Source of the DNA: Candidatus Multivoradales bacterium
GTDB taxonomy: Bacteria > Acidobacteriota > Thermoanaerobaculia > Multivoradales > J023
NCBI GenBank assembly: GCA_965248925.1
Contig: CBDFLE010000006.1
Location: 320,001 to 384,000 of the forward strand
Length of the DNA stretch: 64,000 nt
Reading direction: 5' to 3'
Part shown: in pieces, positions 33,801 through 45,800 of the stretch
Layout: each line of letters starts with the position of its first letter
How positions within the stretch are numbered: position 1 is the first letter of the stretch
Notes under the pieces: generated by a model
What the model was told of the DNA's origin: nothing
What the model saw: the letters and a program-made list of their open reading frames with translations, nothing else
Databases searched by the model: none
Made by a program: the position numbers and the translations under genes

Positions 33801-36800
33801 CAGCCCGCCTCGAGGATGCCCAGGGTGGCGACAATCATCTCCAGACCACGCGGCATCAGCAGCGCCACCGGCCGTTCGCGAGTGACCCCCAGCTGTCGCA
33901 GTCGATGGGCCAACTGATAGGCCCGGCGAGCCAGTTCGGCATAGCTCAAGTGCTCGCCCTCGTAAACCACCGCCACTGCCTCACCCCGCTGCTCCACCGA
34001 CTCGGCGAAGAGAGACTGCAAAAGGGCTGGCGCCGACCCGCGCCGGCTGCCACCCTCTCCTGCATGCAGCAACTGCGCCCGCTCGGCCGCTGCCAGTAGG
34101 GATAGATCGGCAACCCGCGCCGCCGGCTGGTCGGCGAAGCCACGCAGCAACTGGAGGTAGTGGCCGACCAGTCGTTCGATCATCGTCGGGGCGAATAGAT
34201 CCGTGTTGTAGACCAGACCACCGATCATCCCGCTGGCCGTTTCACCCATGTTCAGGGTGAGATCGAATTTGGCAACGGCGTGCGCTCGCCCCCAGGGGGT
34301 GACGGTGAGCCCCGGCAGCTCGACCTCCGTTTGCGGCGCGTTCTGCATCACGAACATCGCCTGGAACAAGGCCGAACGGCTAGTGTCGCGGGGCGGATTC
34401 AGCGCTTCGACCAGCTTTTCGAAGGGCAGATCTTGGTGGGCGAAGGCACCAAGAGCGGTCTCCCTAGTCCTGGCGATGCGCTGCCCCACCGTGTCGTCGC
34501 CGACCCGCCGATGGCGCAGCACCAGGGTGTTGACGAAGAAGCCAATCAGCGACTCGAGCTCGACAAAGCCGCGATTGGCCACCGGCGTCCCCAAGTTCAC
34601 TTCCCGCACGCCGGCATAGCGCCCCAAAACCTCGGCGAAAACCGCCGACAGAAGCAGAAAAGGAGTGCTGCGAGTGTCTCGCGCCAATCGCTGTAAGGCC
34701 GCTGTCAACTCGGGATCGAGCTGGAAGTCGTGACGCGCGCCGCCGTGAGTACGCACCGCTGGCCGCGGCCCGATCGTCGGCAGATCGAGAGCTTGAGGCG
34801 CCCCCGCGAGCTGCTCCGACCAATAGTCCAACTGAGTTTGCAGAGCCTCGCCGCGCAGCCATTGGTGCTGCCAGATGGCGAAATCAGCATACTGAAGCGG
34901 CAGTCCGGCCAGCGGCGACTCGATTAACGCCTGCTCGGCTGGCGAGCTGAGCAATGCCGTATACAAGACTCGCAATTCACCGATCAAGAGGCTCATCGAC
35001 CAACCGTCCGAGACGATGTGGTGCATGTTCACCAGCAGCAAGTGATCGCCCTCGGCGAGATGCAGCAGGGCAGCTCGGAAGAGCGGGCCGCATTCGAGAT
35101 CGAAGAGCGAGAACGCGTCGCGGCGGCTCAGTCGCTCGGCCTCGGCCTGGGCATGGTCAGAGGCCAAGTGGGAAAGATCATGCAGCGGCAGGCTGAAAGG
35201 GCCTGGAGGATCGATGATCTGTTGGGCCGCTCCATCTGTCTCCAGGAAGTGAGTGCGCAGGCTCTCGTGCCGGCGCACGATCTCGCCAAAAGTCGCGGCC
35301 AACGCCGCCACCCGCAGCTCACCGCGCAGACGCAGCACACCGGGAACGTTGTAGGTCGCCGAGCCTCCCTCCAGCCGGTCGAGGATCCACAGCCGTTGCT
35401 GGGCAAATGACAAAGGCAGCGGCCGCGAACGATCGGCCGGCCGCGGCGCGGCCAACGCGCCGCCCTGGTGCCGCAGAGTTAGCAGCAGCGCGGCCAGCTG
35501 GCGTACCGTCGGGCAGGCGAAAACCTGCCGCAGAGGCAGCTCGACGGCAAAGGTTTTGCGCACCGCGGCGGTCATCCGGGTCGCCGTCAGACTGTGGCCA
35601 CCGAGGGCAAAGAAATCGGTCTCGACGCCTATTTCTTGCCCCTCCAGACCAAGAACTTCGGCCCAGATACCGCACAGCAGCTCCTCCTCGGTGGTTCGCG
35701 ATAGCACCAAGGGGGCAGCGTCCCGAGCGACTTGCTGACTGAGCTGGGCGAGCACTGCGCGACGATCCACCTTGCCATTGGTGGTCAGCGGCAATTGATC
35801 GACAAAGACCATCACCCGCGGCACCATGTAGTCAGGCAAACGCCGCCCCAGGAAATCGCTCAACTCGCTGACCGCGGGTCGCTCCGCCGCCGCCAGCAAC
35901 GCCGCCAACAGCCGCGGGCCACTGGCCAAGGTCTCGATCACCACACAGGCATCACTGATTCGCTGATCGTCCAACAAGGCTGCCTCGATCTCTGCCAATT
36001 CGATCCTGAAGCCGCGGATCTTCACCTGCTGATCGATCCGGCCCCGAAATGCCAGATCGCCAGTGATCGACCAGGTCGCCAGATCACCCGTTCTATAGAG
36101 CCGCTCTCCGGGCTCCAGGGCGAAGGGATTGGGCACGAACTGCCGCGCGGTGAGCCCCGGGCGGCAGTGATAGCCCTGAGTCAGACTCTCCCCGGCCAGG
36201 CAGAGCTCCCCCGCCACCCGCGGTGGCAGCAGCCGCAAATTGCGATCCAACAAATAGACCCGCGTACCGTCGATCGGCCGGCCGATCGACGGTGGCCCGG
36301 TGCCAGTCGCCGATACTGTGCCAGCGGTCGCCACCACCGTGCTTTCGGTGGGTCCATAGGCATTGATCCAGCGAAACGGCAGCGCCTCGTCCGGCCGCCG
36401 CAGCAGTCGGTCGCCGCCGATCAACAGGTAGCGCAAGCTCTGTAGACGACTGAAACCCGCCGCCCGCGCCAGCGGTTCCACCAGCGGGGTGGGCAAGAAG
36501 ACGGAGGTCACCTGATGGCGAGCGAACAACCCCGGCAGCGAGTCCGGCCGCAGCAGATCGTCGCTCACCACCACCAAGGCGACGCCGGCACAGAGGTTGC
36601 TCCAGATCTCCCAGGTCGAAGCGTCAAAGGCCGGCCCGGCGATCAGCGTCGCTCGGGCCCCTGCTGCGACCGCAAAAGCGCGCTGGTGCCAGGCCACCAA
36701 ACGGGCCAGACCGTGGTGAGAAACCACCACCCCTTTGGGCCGACCGGTCGAGCCGGAGGTGTAGATCACATAAGCGTTGGCGCTGCTCGGCAGGCACCCA

Positions 36801-39800
36801 TCGCCGCTACCCCGCTGCGTCCTCTGCGCCCTCTGCGCCCGCTCCCGCTCGATCTCAGGCCAAGCCCGATCGAGGAAGACCGTTACCAGCGCCTCGGTTT
36901 CGTCCACCACCCCATCCGCCAGCCCGCCGCTGGTCAGCAGCACCGCGCAGCCAGCGTCCTGCAACATGTAGCGCAGGCGCTCCACCGGTGATTTCGGATC
37001 CAGCGGCACATAGGCCGCCGCGGCTTTGACAATCCCTAGCAAGGCGATGATCAACTCGGTCGAACGCTCGAGGAGCACGGCGACACGGTCTCCGGGTGCT
37101 ACCCCCAGGCCTTCCAGGTGGCGGGCCAGAAGGTCGCTACGCCGATCCAACTCGCCATAACTCAGCACCGCCCCGCCACAGACCACGGCAACAGCGTCCG
37201 GCCGGTGCTCGACCTGCTGCCGGAAGAGGCCGTGGACCGGCAACGAGAAGCGCCACGGACTCGGCGGCGGATTGAAGTCCTCCAACACCTGGCGCCGCTC
37301 CGCCGCGCTCAGCATCGACAACTCATCGGGCTTGCATTCCGGCGCCGCCACCAGCTCTTGCAACAGGGCCAGCAAATGCCTACCGAGCTGCTCGATAGCA
37401 GCAGCTGTGAAGTGCGATCCGCGCCACAGCAGCCGCAGTCCAACCGTCTCCCCAGCGTGTGCCACCAGGGTCAGGGGGTAGTGGGTCTCCTCCGCCGAGG
37501 TGGCGTCGATCAGCTGAAACGGCAGCTCGAAACCGGTCTCCGCCAGAGTGCCCTCGATCGGATAGTTCTCAAACACCATCAAGGTCTCGAACAGCGCGCC
37601 GCCCGCCGGCAGCGAGCCCTGGGCCTGAATCTCCTGCAGCGGGAAATACTGGAACTCCTCACGCGCCAGCTGATGCTGGCGCAGCTCGGCGAGATGCTCG
37701 AGCAGGCCGCGCTGTGGATCGATCCGCAGCCGCACCGGCAAAGTGTTGATGAACAGCCCAACCATGGTCTCCACGCCGTCGAGTTCGGCGGGGCGGCCCG
37801 AGACGGTGGCGCCGAAGAGCACATCAGCCTGGCCGCCGTAGCGGCTCAGCAACAGCGCCCAGGCCGCCTGGCAAAGCAGATTGGCGGTCAGCCGGTGGCG
37901 GCGGGCGCACCCTTGCAAAGCCTGGGTGGCGGCCGCTGAAAGTGCTGCCGACCAACATTCCACCGCCGCCGAGGAACGCTCCCCAGCGCCAGCCGCCTGC
38001 GACGCCGCGGGCAGCGCCGTAAGCTGCTCGAAGCCACGCAAATAGCCGTGCCAAAACGCCTCCGCCCGCGATCGGAAACCCTCAGCGCCGTGCCGCTGCT
38101 CGAGCCAGGCCAGATGCTCTCGGTAAGGCTTCACCGGCGGCAAATCAGGCCGTCGCCGCTGCTCTAGAGCCTCGTAGACTGCCATGAAGTCGCGCAGCAA
38201 TAAGGGCAGCGACCAGCCGTCCACCACCAGATGATGGAGACTCAGGACCATCGCCCAACGCTGCTCGCCGAGGCGAAGCAGGGCCAGCCGCAGCAGCGGT
38301 CCACGGCGCAGATCGAATCCCGCCGCCCGATCTCCAGCCAGCCATTCCTCCACCGTGGACGGCAACCCATCCAGCAGCTGCCAACCCATGACGCTGCGCG
38401 CGTGGACCGCTTGCAGTGGCCGGGCGCCGTCGCGGACCACCATCGTGCTGCGCAAGACGGCGTGCCGATCGAAGACCCGCTGCCAGGCCGCCCGCGCCCG
38501 CGCTGGCTCGACCTGGCCTTCGAGACCCAAGGCCCACTGGACGAAATATGCTGGCGACTCCGGCTCCAGGAGACACTGGAAAAGTAGCCCCTCTTGCAGC
38601 GGACTCAGCGGGTAGAGATCCTCCAGATCCGTAACCTGAGCCTCGATCTCGGCCACCGCGGCCTGATCGAGCCGCGCCAGCGGAAAGTCCGAGGGGGTGA
38701 AGCCGCCCGTCTCCGGCCGTAGGCAGTGGGCCACCAACTGGCGCAAGGCAGCCTCGTAGTTCGCCACCAAGGCCTGGCGGCTGCGCCGCGAGACGCTGGG
38801 CTCGAAGGAGAAATAGAAACACAGCCGACCGGCCAGCACCGCGCCGTTGATGTCGATGAAGTGATCGCGCGACTGCTCCGCGGCGACATCCGGGCCATGG
38901 GCTTCTTCGGCCAGCGGCCACATCGCCTGCCCGCCACCGAGGCGGCCCAAGTAGTTGAACGACACCTCGGGCGGCGGCAGCTCGGCCAGCCGCTGCGCCG
39001 CAGCAGAATCGAGGTAGCGCAGCAGGCCATAGCCCAGGCCCTTGTCGGGGAGGGCACGCAGCTGCTCTTTGACCGCCTTCAGCGCAGCTCCCAACTCAGT
39101 CGTCGCGGTACCGAGGCGGAGAGGATAAACCGCCGTGAACCAGCCCACGGTGGCCGAGACGTCCGGACTCTCGGTGCTCAGCTCGTGGCGGCCGTGACTT
39201 TCCAGATCAACCACCAAATCACCAGGGGCAAAGCCTTCAGCCTCGCTCCAGGCGGCAAAGGCTATGGCCAAAGCACAGAGCAGAACATCGTTGATCTCGG
39301 TGTGATACACATCGGGCACTTGCTGCAACAAGGACCGGGTCACCGCTTGGTCCAGAGCGAACTCGGCCGCCACCGCCTCCCCGAGCGTGCCCAGTTTCGG
39401 CAGCGGACCCCGCGGTCGCAGCTCCAGCCTGCCGGTGGCCACCAAGGCCTGGCGCCACCCCGGCAGTTGGGCAGCCAGCCGCGGGCCGCTGGCGATCTGC
39501 GACAGATGCCGCGACCAGGTCTGGAACGAGGCCGTCTTGGGAACCAGGGCCGGGGCTCGGCCGGCGTCCAAGTCGGCATAGATCTGAGCCAAGTCCTGCA
39601 GCAGAAGACCCCAGGAAACCACATCGACCACCAGGTGGTGAATGACGATCAACAAGCGGCTCGACTGCTCCGCGCCGCGACGAAACAGCGCCGCTCGCAG
39701 TAGCGGTGGGCGAGCGATGTCGAGACCGGCTTGCAACTCGGCCGCCAGCCGTGCCAATTCGGCTTGCCAAGCAGCACCGTTCGCCGCCAGATGGTGAACC

Positions 39801-42800
39801 GCCAACAGCCCATCACCCTGCTCGGCCTCAACATAGACCTGCCGCCACTCCCCTTCTTCGCTAGTGAACCGCAGCCGCAATGCGTCGTGATGCCGCAGCA
39901 AGACCGCGAAGGCTTCGGCAAGACAGGAAGCATCTACCGCCGCCGGCAAGCGCAGCAGCTGAGACTGATTGAAATGGTGGTAGTGCTGCGCTGGCCGCGA
40001 CAAGAACCAGCGCTGAATGGGAGTCAGAAGAACTTCGCCACGGACCGCCTCTTGAGAACCGGCGACGGCCGGGGAAGACTGCGTCTCGGCAGCCAGGCGG
40101 GCTAGAGTCTGATATTCGAACAGGTGGCGCGGCTTAATCTCGAGTCCTGCCCGCCGCGCCCGCGCAACCACTTGCAGGGCGATGATGCTGTCGCCACCAA
40201 CGGCAAAGAAATTGGCCTCGGCGCTGATCGGATCCGCCGCGTCTCGATGCAGGACATGAGCCCAGATCTCAGCCAAGAGGCGCTCGTTCTCACTCCGCGG
40301 CGCGACGTAGGCGTCCTCGGCCGGCGCTGCATGGAGGGCCTGTTCGAGAATCGACCGCCGATCGATCTTGCCATTGCGCGTCAGCGGTAACCGATCGAGG
40401 AATAGGTACTCGGCCGGGATCATGTAGTCCGGCAAGGTGGCCGCCAGGAAGCTGCGTAGCTGCTCCTCCAGGGGTGCTTCCAGCGGCGACGTCAGCGCCG
40501 CCACCAATCTCTTGCCAGCGGTCGAAGAGGCCACCACCACGGCGGCTTCAGCCACCGCCGGATGCCGCGCCAAAGCGACCTCAATCTCTCCCAATTCGAC
40601 CCGGAAGCCGCGAATCTTGACCTGCTGATCGACCCGACCGATGAAAACCAGGCTGCCCTCCGCCGACCAACAAGCCAGGTCGCCGGTCTTGTAGAGCCGC
40701 TCCCCAGGCTCTTGCGCCCACGGATTGGGAACGAATTGTCGAGCGGTGAGACCTGGCCGGTGGAAATAGCCCCGGGCCAGGCTGTGGCCGGCCAAACACA
40801 GCTCCCCGGCCACCCTCGGCGGCTGTGGCTGGAAGTTGCGGTCCAGTAGATAGACCTGAGTGCCAGCGATCGGACGACCGATCGAAGGTGCCTCGCTGCC
40901 AGCCGATGAGACCGTCCCAGAGGTCGCCACCACTGTATTTTCAGTCGGCCCATAGTTGTTGACCCAGCGGCATGGCAGTCCCTTCGGTGGCCGCTGCAGC
41001 AGCCGGTCACCACCGGTCAACAAGTACTGCAAGTGGCGCAGGCGGGGGAAATCCGTGGTCCGTGACAGAGGCTCGATCAGCGGCGTCGGCACGAAGCTGT
41101 GGCTGACGCGGTGGCGGTCGAAGAGTCCCGGCAGCAGGTCCGGCGCCAGCTGCGGTTCGCTCACCACCAGCAGCGCAGCGCCGGCCGCCAGGTAAGGCCA
41201 GATCTCCCAAGTCGATGCATCGAAGGCCGGCCCGGCGATCAACGTCGCGCTGGCGCTGTGACTCACCGCGAACGCTCGCAGATGCCAGGCCACCAGGCTG
41301 GCCAGGCCATGCTGCTCCACCACCACTCCCTTGGGTTTGCCGGTGGAGCCAGAGGTGTAAATGACGTAGGCAGCTGCGGTGCCCAAGGCCGTCGCGCCGC
41401 GGTGCCAGTCTGCAGCTAGCTCGGCGCTGGCACACTCGATCTGCGGCCACTCTCGATCGATCAAGACAGACTGCGGCAGGTCTTCCGAGCCGGCGACCAG
41501 ATCGGCCCGCGACGATAACCCGCTGCGGGTCAGCAGCACGACGCAATCCGCGTCGTCGAGCATGTAGCGCAAGCGTTCCGCGGGTGATTTCGGGTCGAGA
41601 GGCAAATAGGCCGCCCCAGCTTTGGCAATCCCCAACAGGGCAATGATCAGCTCGACAGAACGCTCGAAGAGCACCCCGACGTGGGCACCTGGAGCGACCC
41701 CCAGAGCGACCAGGTAGCGGGCCAACTGGTCGCTGCGCCGATCGAGTTCGCCGTAGCTCAGCAGGGCTCCGCCACCCACCACGGCAACCTTGTCTGGACG
41801 CCGCCTCGCTTGCTCTTGGAAGAGACGATGGGCCGGCAAGGCGAGGCGAGGTGAGGTTGGCGCGGGATTGAACTCCTCGAGCACCTGCCGTTCCTGCTCC
41901 GGGCTCAGCATCGACAGCTGGTGGGGCTGCTTCTCCGGCGCCTGCACCAACCCCCGCAGCAGGGTCGCCAGATGGCCGCCGAGCTGCTCGATGGCGGCAG
42001 CGGTAAAGCGCGAGCCCTGCCACTGCAAGCGCAGCATCAGGCTCTCCCCGACTTGTGCAATCAGGGTCAGGGGATAGTGCGTCGCCTCCTCTACTTTGGC
42101 CTCGGTGATCGCAAACGGCAGCTCCGCGCCAACCCGCGCCAGCGAACCGTCGATGGGGTAATTCTCGAACACCATCAAGGTCTCGAACAGGGCCACTCCA
42201 CCCGGCAGCGGACTCAGCGCCTGGATCTCCTGCAACGGCAGATACTGGTGCGCCTCGCGCTCCAGCTGATGGTCCCGCAGCTCGCCGAGGAGCTGTAACA
42301 AGCTACGCTGGGGATCGATGCGCAACCGCACCGGCAGGGTGTTGATGAATAGACCCACCATGGTCTCCACCCCGTCGAGTTCGGCCGGCCGGCCGGCCAC
42401 CGTGCCACCAAACAACACATCGCCGCGACTGCTGTAGCGACTCAGCAACAAAGCCCAAGCCGCTTGGCAGAGCAGATTCGGAGTCAAGCGATGGCGCCGG
42501 GCACAAGCCACCAAAGCCGCGGCCTCGGCTTCCGACCCACGGATCACATAGTCGTTCAGCCCCTCCTCTTGGCCGCTGGCGGCAAGGCCGGCGGGCAAGG
42601 GGGTGACTTGTTCGAAATCCTCCAGGTAATGGCGCCAGAAGTCAGCGCTCTCTACCTTGTTCGCCGCCCCACCGCGGGCTTCGGCCAGCCAGGCGATGTG
42701 ATCGCGATAGGGCCTCACCGGGGGCAACTCGGGCCGCCCACCCGCCGCCAAGGCGGCGTAAATTTGCAGGAGTTCGGTGAACAGAATCGGCAACGACCAA

Positions 42801-45800
42801 CCGTCCATCAGCACATGGTGGTTGCTCAGCACCATCAGGTGCCGGTCGGCGGCCCAGCGGATCAGCGCCAGGCGCAGCAGCGGCGGTTGTTGCAAGTCGA
42901 ATCCCCGAGCGCGATCCGCCGCCAGCCACTCCTGCAAGCGGCGACGCTGTTCCGGCGCCGACAGTGCGGACTCATCCAGCTCCCGCCAAGGCAGCTCTAG
43001 CCCTCCACAGACCACTTGCAAGGGAGAAGACTCCTCCCCCGCCACCAGGGCACAGCGCAGATTGTCGTGACGCTGCAACAAACACTGCCAAGCCGCCCGC
43101 AGATGCGCGGCGTTGAGCTCACCTTCGAGGGTCAGCACCAGCTGCACGAAATAGGCTCGATTTTCTGGTTCGTAGAGGCTCTGGAAGAGCAGGCCCTGCT
43201 GCAACGGGCTGAGCGGAAAAAGATCGGTCAGGGTTGGGTACTGCCGTTCCAGCAGCTCGAGTTCCGCCCTGCCGACCGTCGCCAGCGGGAAATCAGCCGG
43301 GGTGAAACCACCGCTACCAGGCTCGCGGCAACAGTCAATCAGTTCGCCCAGAGCGCGGCGGAATCCATCTCTCAATGACTCGATCGAAGCCTGATCGAAG
43401 TGCGGCGCGAAAGAAAAGTTGATTTCCAATCGCTCAGCAAAGACGCCGCCATTGATTTCGATCAGATGAGAGCGCTGGCGACGCGGATCTTCCTCCAACC
43501 CACGGTCCTCGTCAGCAAAATCCCAGTCCTCGCTCGACGAGTGAAACTGCCCTAGATAGTTGAACGAAATCAGCGGTTCAGGAAGGGCAGCCAGAACCCT
43601 TGCGGTGCGCGGATTGAGGTAGCGCAGCAAGCCGTAAGCGAATCCCCTGTCGGGCAGCTGGCGCAGCAGGTCTTTAACCCTCTTCAAAGCCGCGCCCGGA
43701 GTACTCGGCAACGCCGGGATGCGGAGCGGAAAAGCCGATGTAAACCAACCGATGGTGGCCGAGATGTCAGGACTGTCCCCGGTCTCCGCCGCCTGAATCT
43801 GCTCCCGACCGTGCCCTTCCAGGGTCAGCAACAGATCTCCACCTGCTGCGTCCTCAGGCTGCCGCCAACGGTAGATCGCGCGCCCCAAAGCGCTCAGCAA
43901 GGCATCGTTGATCTCGCTGTGAAAAGCCGCCGGCACCTCGGCCAGCAGGCTGCGGGTTTGCTGCCGACTGAGCTCAAAGCTAGTGCGTCCAGCCGCCGCC
44001 ACCGTGCCGATTTCGGCGTCGCGCCAGTCCATCGCCATCGCCAAGCAGCCCGCTGGCACCAGGGTTGTCCGCCAGAACTCCAGCTGCTCTTCCACCGCCG
44101 CACAGCTGGCCAGCTGCGAGAGATGGTGCGACCACTGCTGAAAACTCGCCGTCCTGACGACCCACGGCGGCGGTTGTCCAGCCGCCAACGCCGCGACTCG
44201 CGCCGGCAACTCATGCAACAACAAGCGCCAAGAAACGCCGTCCACCACCAGGTGATGGAGGATCAACAACAGCCGGGCCCGACGATCCGGCCCGAGATAG
44301 AACAAAGCCGCTCTGAGCAACGGTGCCTGCGCCAGGTCGAATCCCTGCTGCAGCTCGCCGCCGAGCCTCTCGATCTGCCGCTGCCACTCACCCTCGCGCC
44401 GGTCCGCGAGATCGTGGACGGTCACCAGCTCGACCTCTGGATCGATCTCGGCATAGACCTGATGCCACATCCCACCGAGGCCGCTACAGGTCAGACGCAG
44501 GGCGTCGTGATGCTCGACAAGCTGCTCGAGAGCAGTGCGTAAATGCGCTGCCTCTACCGCCGCCGGCAGTCGCAGCAGAACCGATTGATTGAAGTGATGA
44601 TGGGGACCCGGCTGTGAGAAGAACCAATGCTGGATCGGCACCAATGGCACCGCGCCGCGGCAGCGTTGCGGCGCTCCCCCGGCCTGCTGCTCGGCATTCT
44701 CCACTGGCACTTGGCCGACAGCGCCACTGTCCACCAGCAGGCGAATCGTCTGCTGGTCGAAGAGGTCACGGGGGGCCAACACCAAGCCCTTCTTGAGCGC
44801 CCGCGACACCACCTGGATAGCGACAATGCTGTCGCCACCAGCCTCGAAAAAATTCTCCTCCACCCCCACCGGCTGGTCCGCGTCGCGACCCAGAACTGCC
44901 GTCCAAATGCGGCTCAGCTCAGTTTCCGCCGCCGAACGCGGTGCCACGTAGCCAGCCGCTGGCGGTGCCGCTTCCTGCAATCCTGCCAACACCACCTGAC
45001 GATCGATCTTGCCGTTGGCGGTGACCGGCATGGGAGCGAAGAACCCGAAGGCCGCGGGGATCATGTGCTGCGGCAGAGTCTGGGCCAAGAAGGCGCGCAG
45101 GTCGGCCACCGCGGGAGGCTGATCCCGCACCCGCAAGGCCGCCACCAGCCGCTGGCGCGGGGCGCCCGCATCTAGCAACACCAAGGCTTCGACAATTTCC
45201 TGATGTTGCAGGAGTCGCGCTTCAATCTCTGGCAACTCAATGCGAAAGCCGCGGATTTTAACCTGATGGTCGATACGACCCAGGAAGCGCAGCCGGCCGG
45301 CCGCTGACCAACGCACCAGATCGCCGCTGCGGTAAAGGCGAGCACCGGCCTCGGTGGTCCAGGGATCGGGTACGAAACTCGCCGCGGTCAGCGCCGGCCG
45401 ACGCAGATAGCCGCGCGCCAGACTGTCGCCGCCAATCAACAACTCGCCCGCAGCCTCCAGCGGCAGCAGCCGCAGATAGCGGTCCACCACCCGCAAGCGA
45501 ATGTTAGCCGCCGGCCGGCCCAACTCCGGCGGCCCCTCAATCGTCGGCTCGATGGGGTCGCTCAAGGTCACGCAGACGGTGTTCTCGGTCGGCCCGTAGC
45601 CATTGCGTAACTGCCGGCCCGCCGCCCAGCACCGCGCCAGCTCGCCGGAGCAGGCCTCGCCGGCGACAACCATTGTTGAAACCGAACTCAGACTGCCCTC
45701 GGGCATCACCGCCAGGGCGGTGGGAATAAGACCGATCTGGGTGACGCGGCGTTGAGCACAGAAGCGCGCCAGATCCGCCCCCGGCAGCAGCTGCTGGCGC

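Larger units (their letters stand above)
21489..37331. repeat. Tandem duplication, 2 x 7,911 bp (A-PCP-C-A-PCP-E-C unit)
   Basis: Shadow ORFs recur at a constant 7,911 offset (22544/30455, 27821/35732). Junction motif AGCATCGRCARCTCATCGGGC occurs at ~21489, ~29400 and ~37311. Confidence 0.95.

Noticed and set aside
21489-37331. 7.9-kb duplication as a pure assembly artefact
   Set aside because: The copies differ by clustered synonymous and non-synonymous changes and keep frame and domain logic; copy number still needs long reads.
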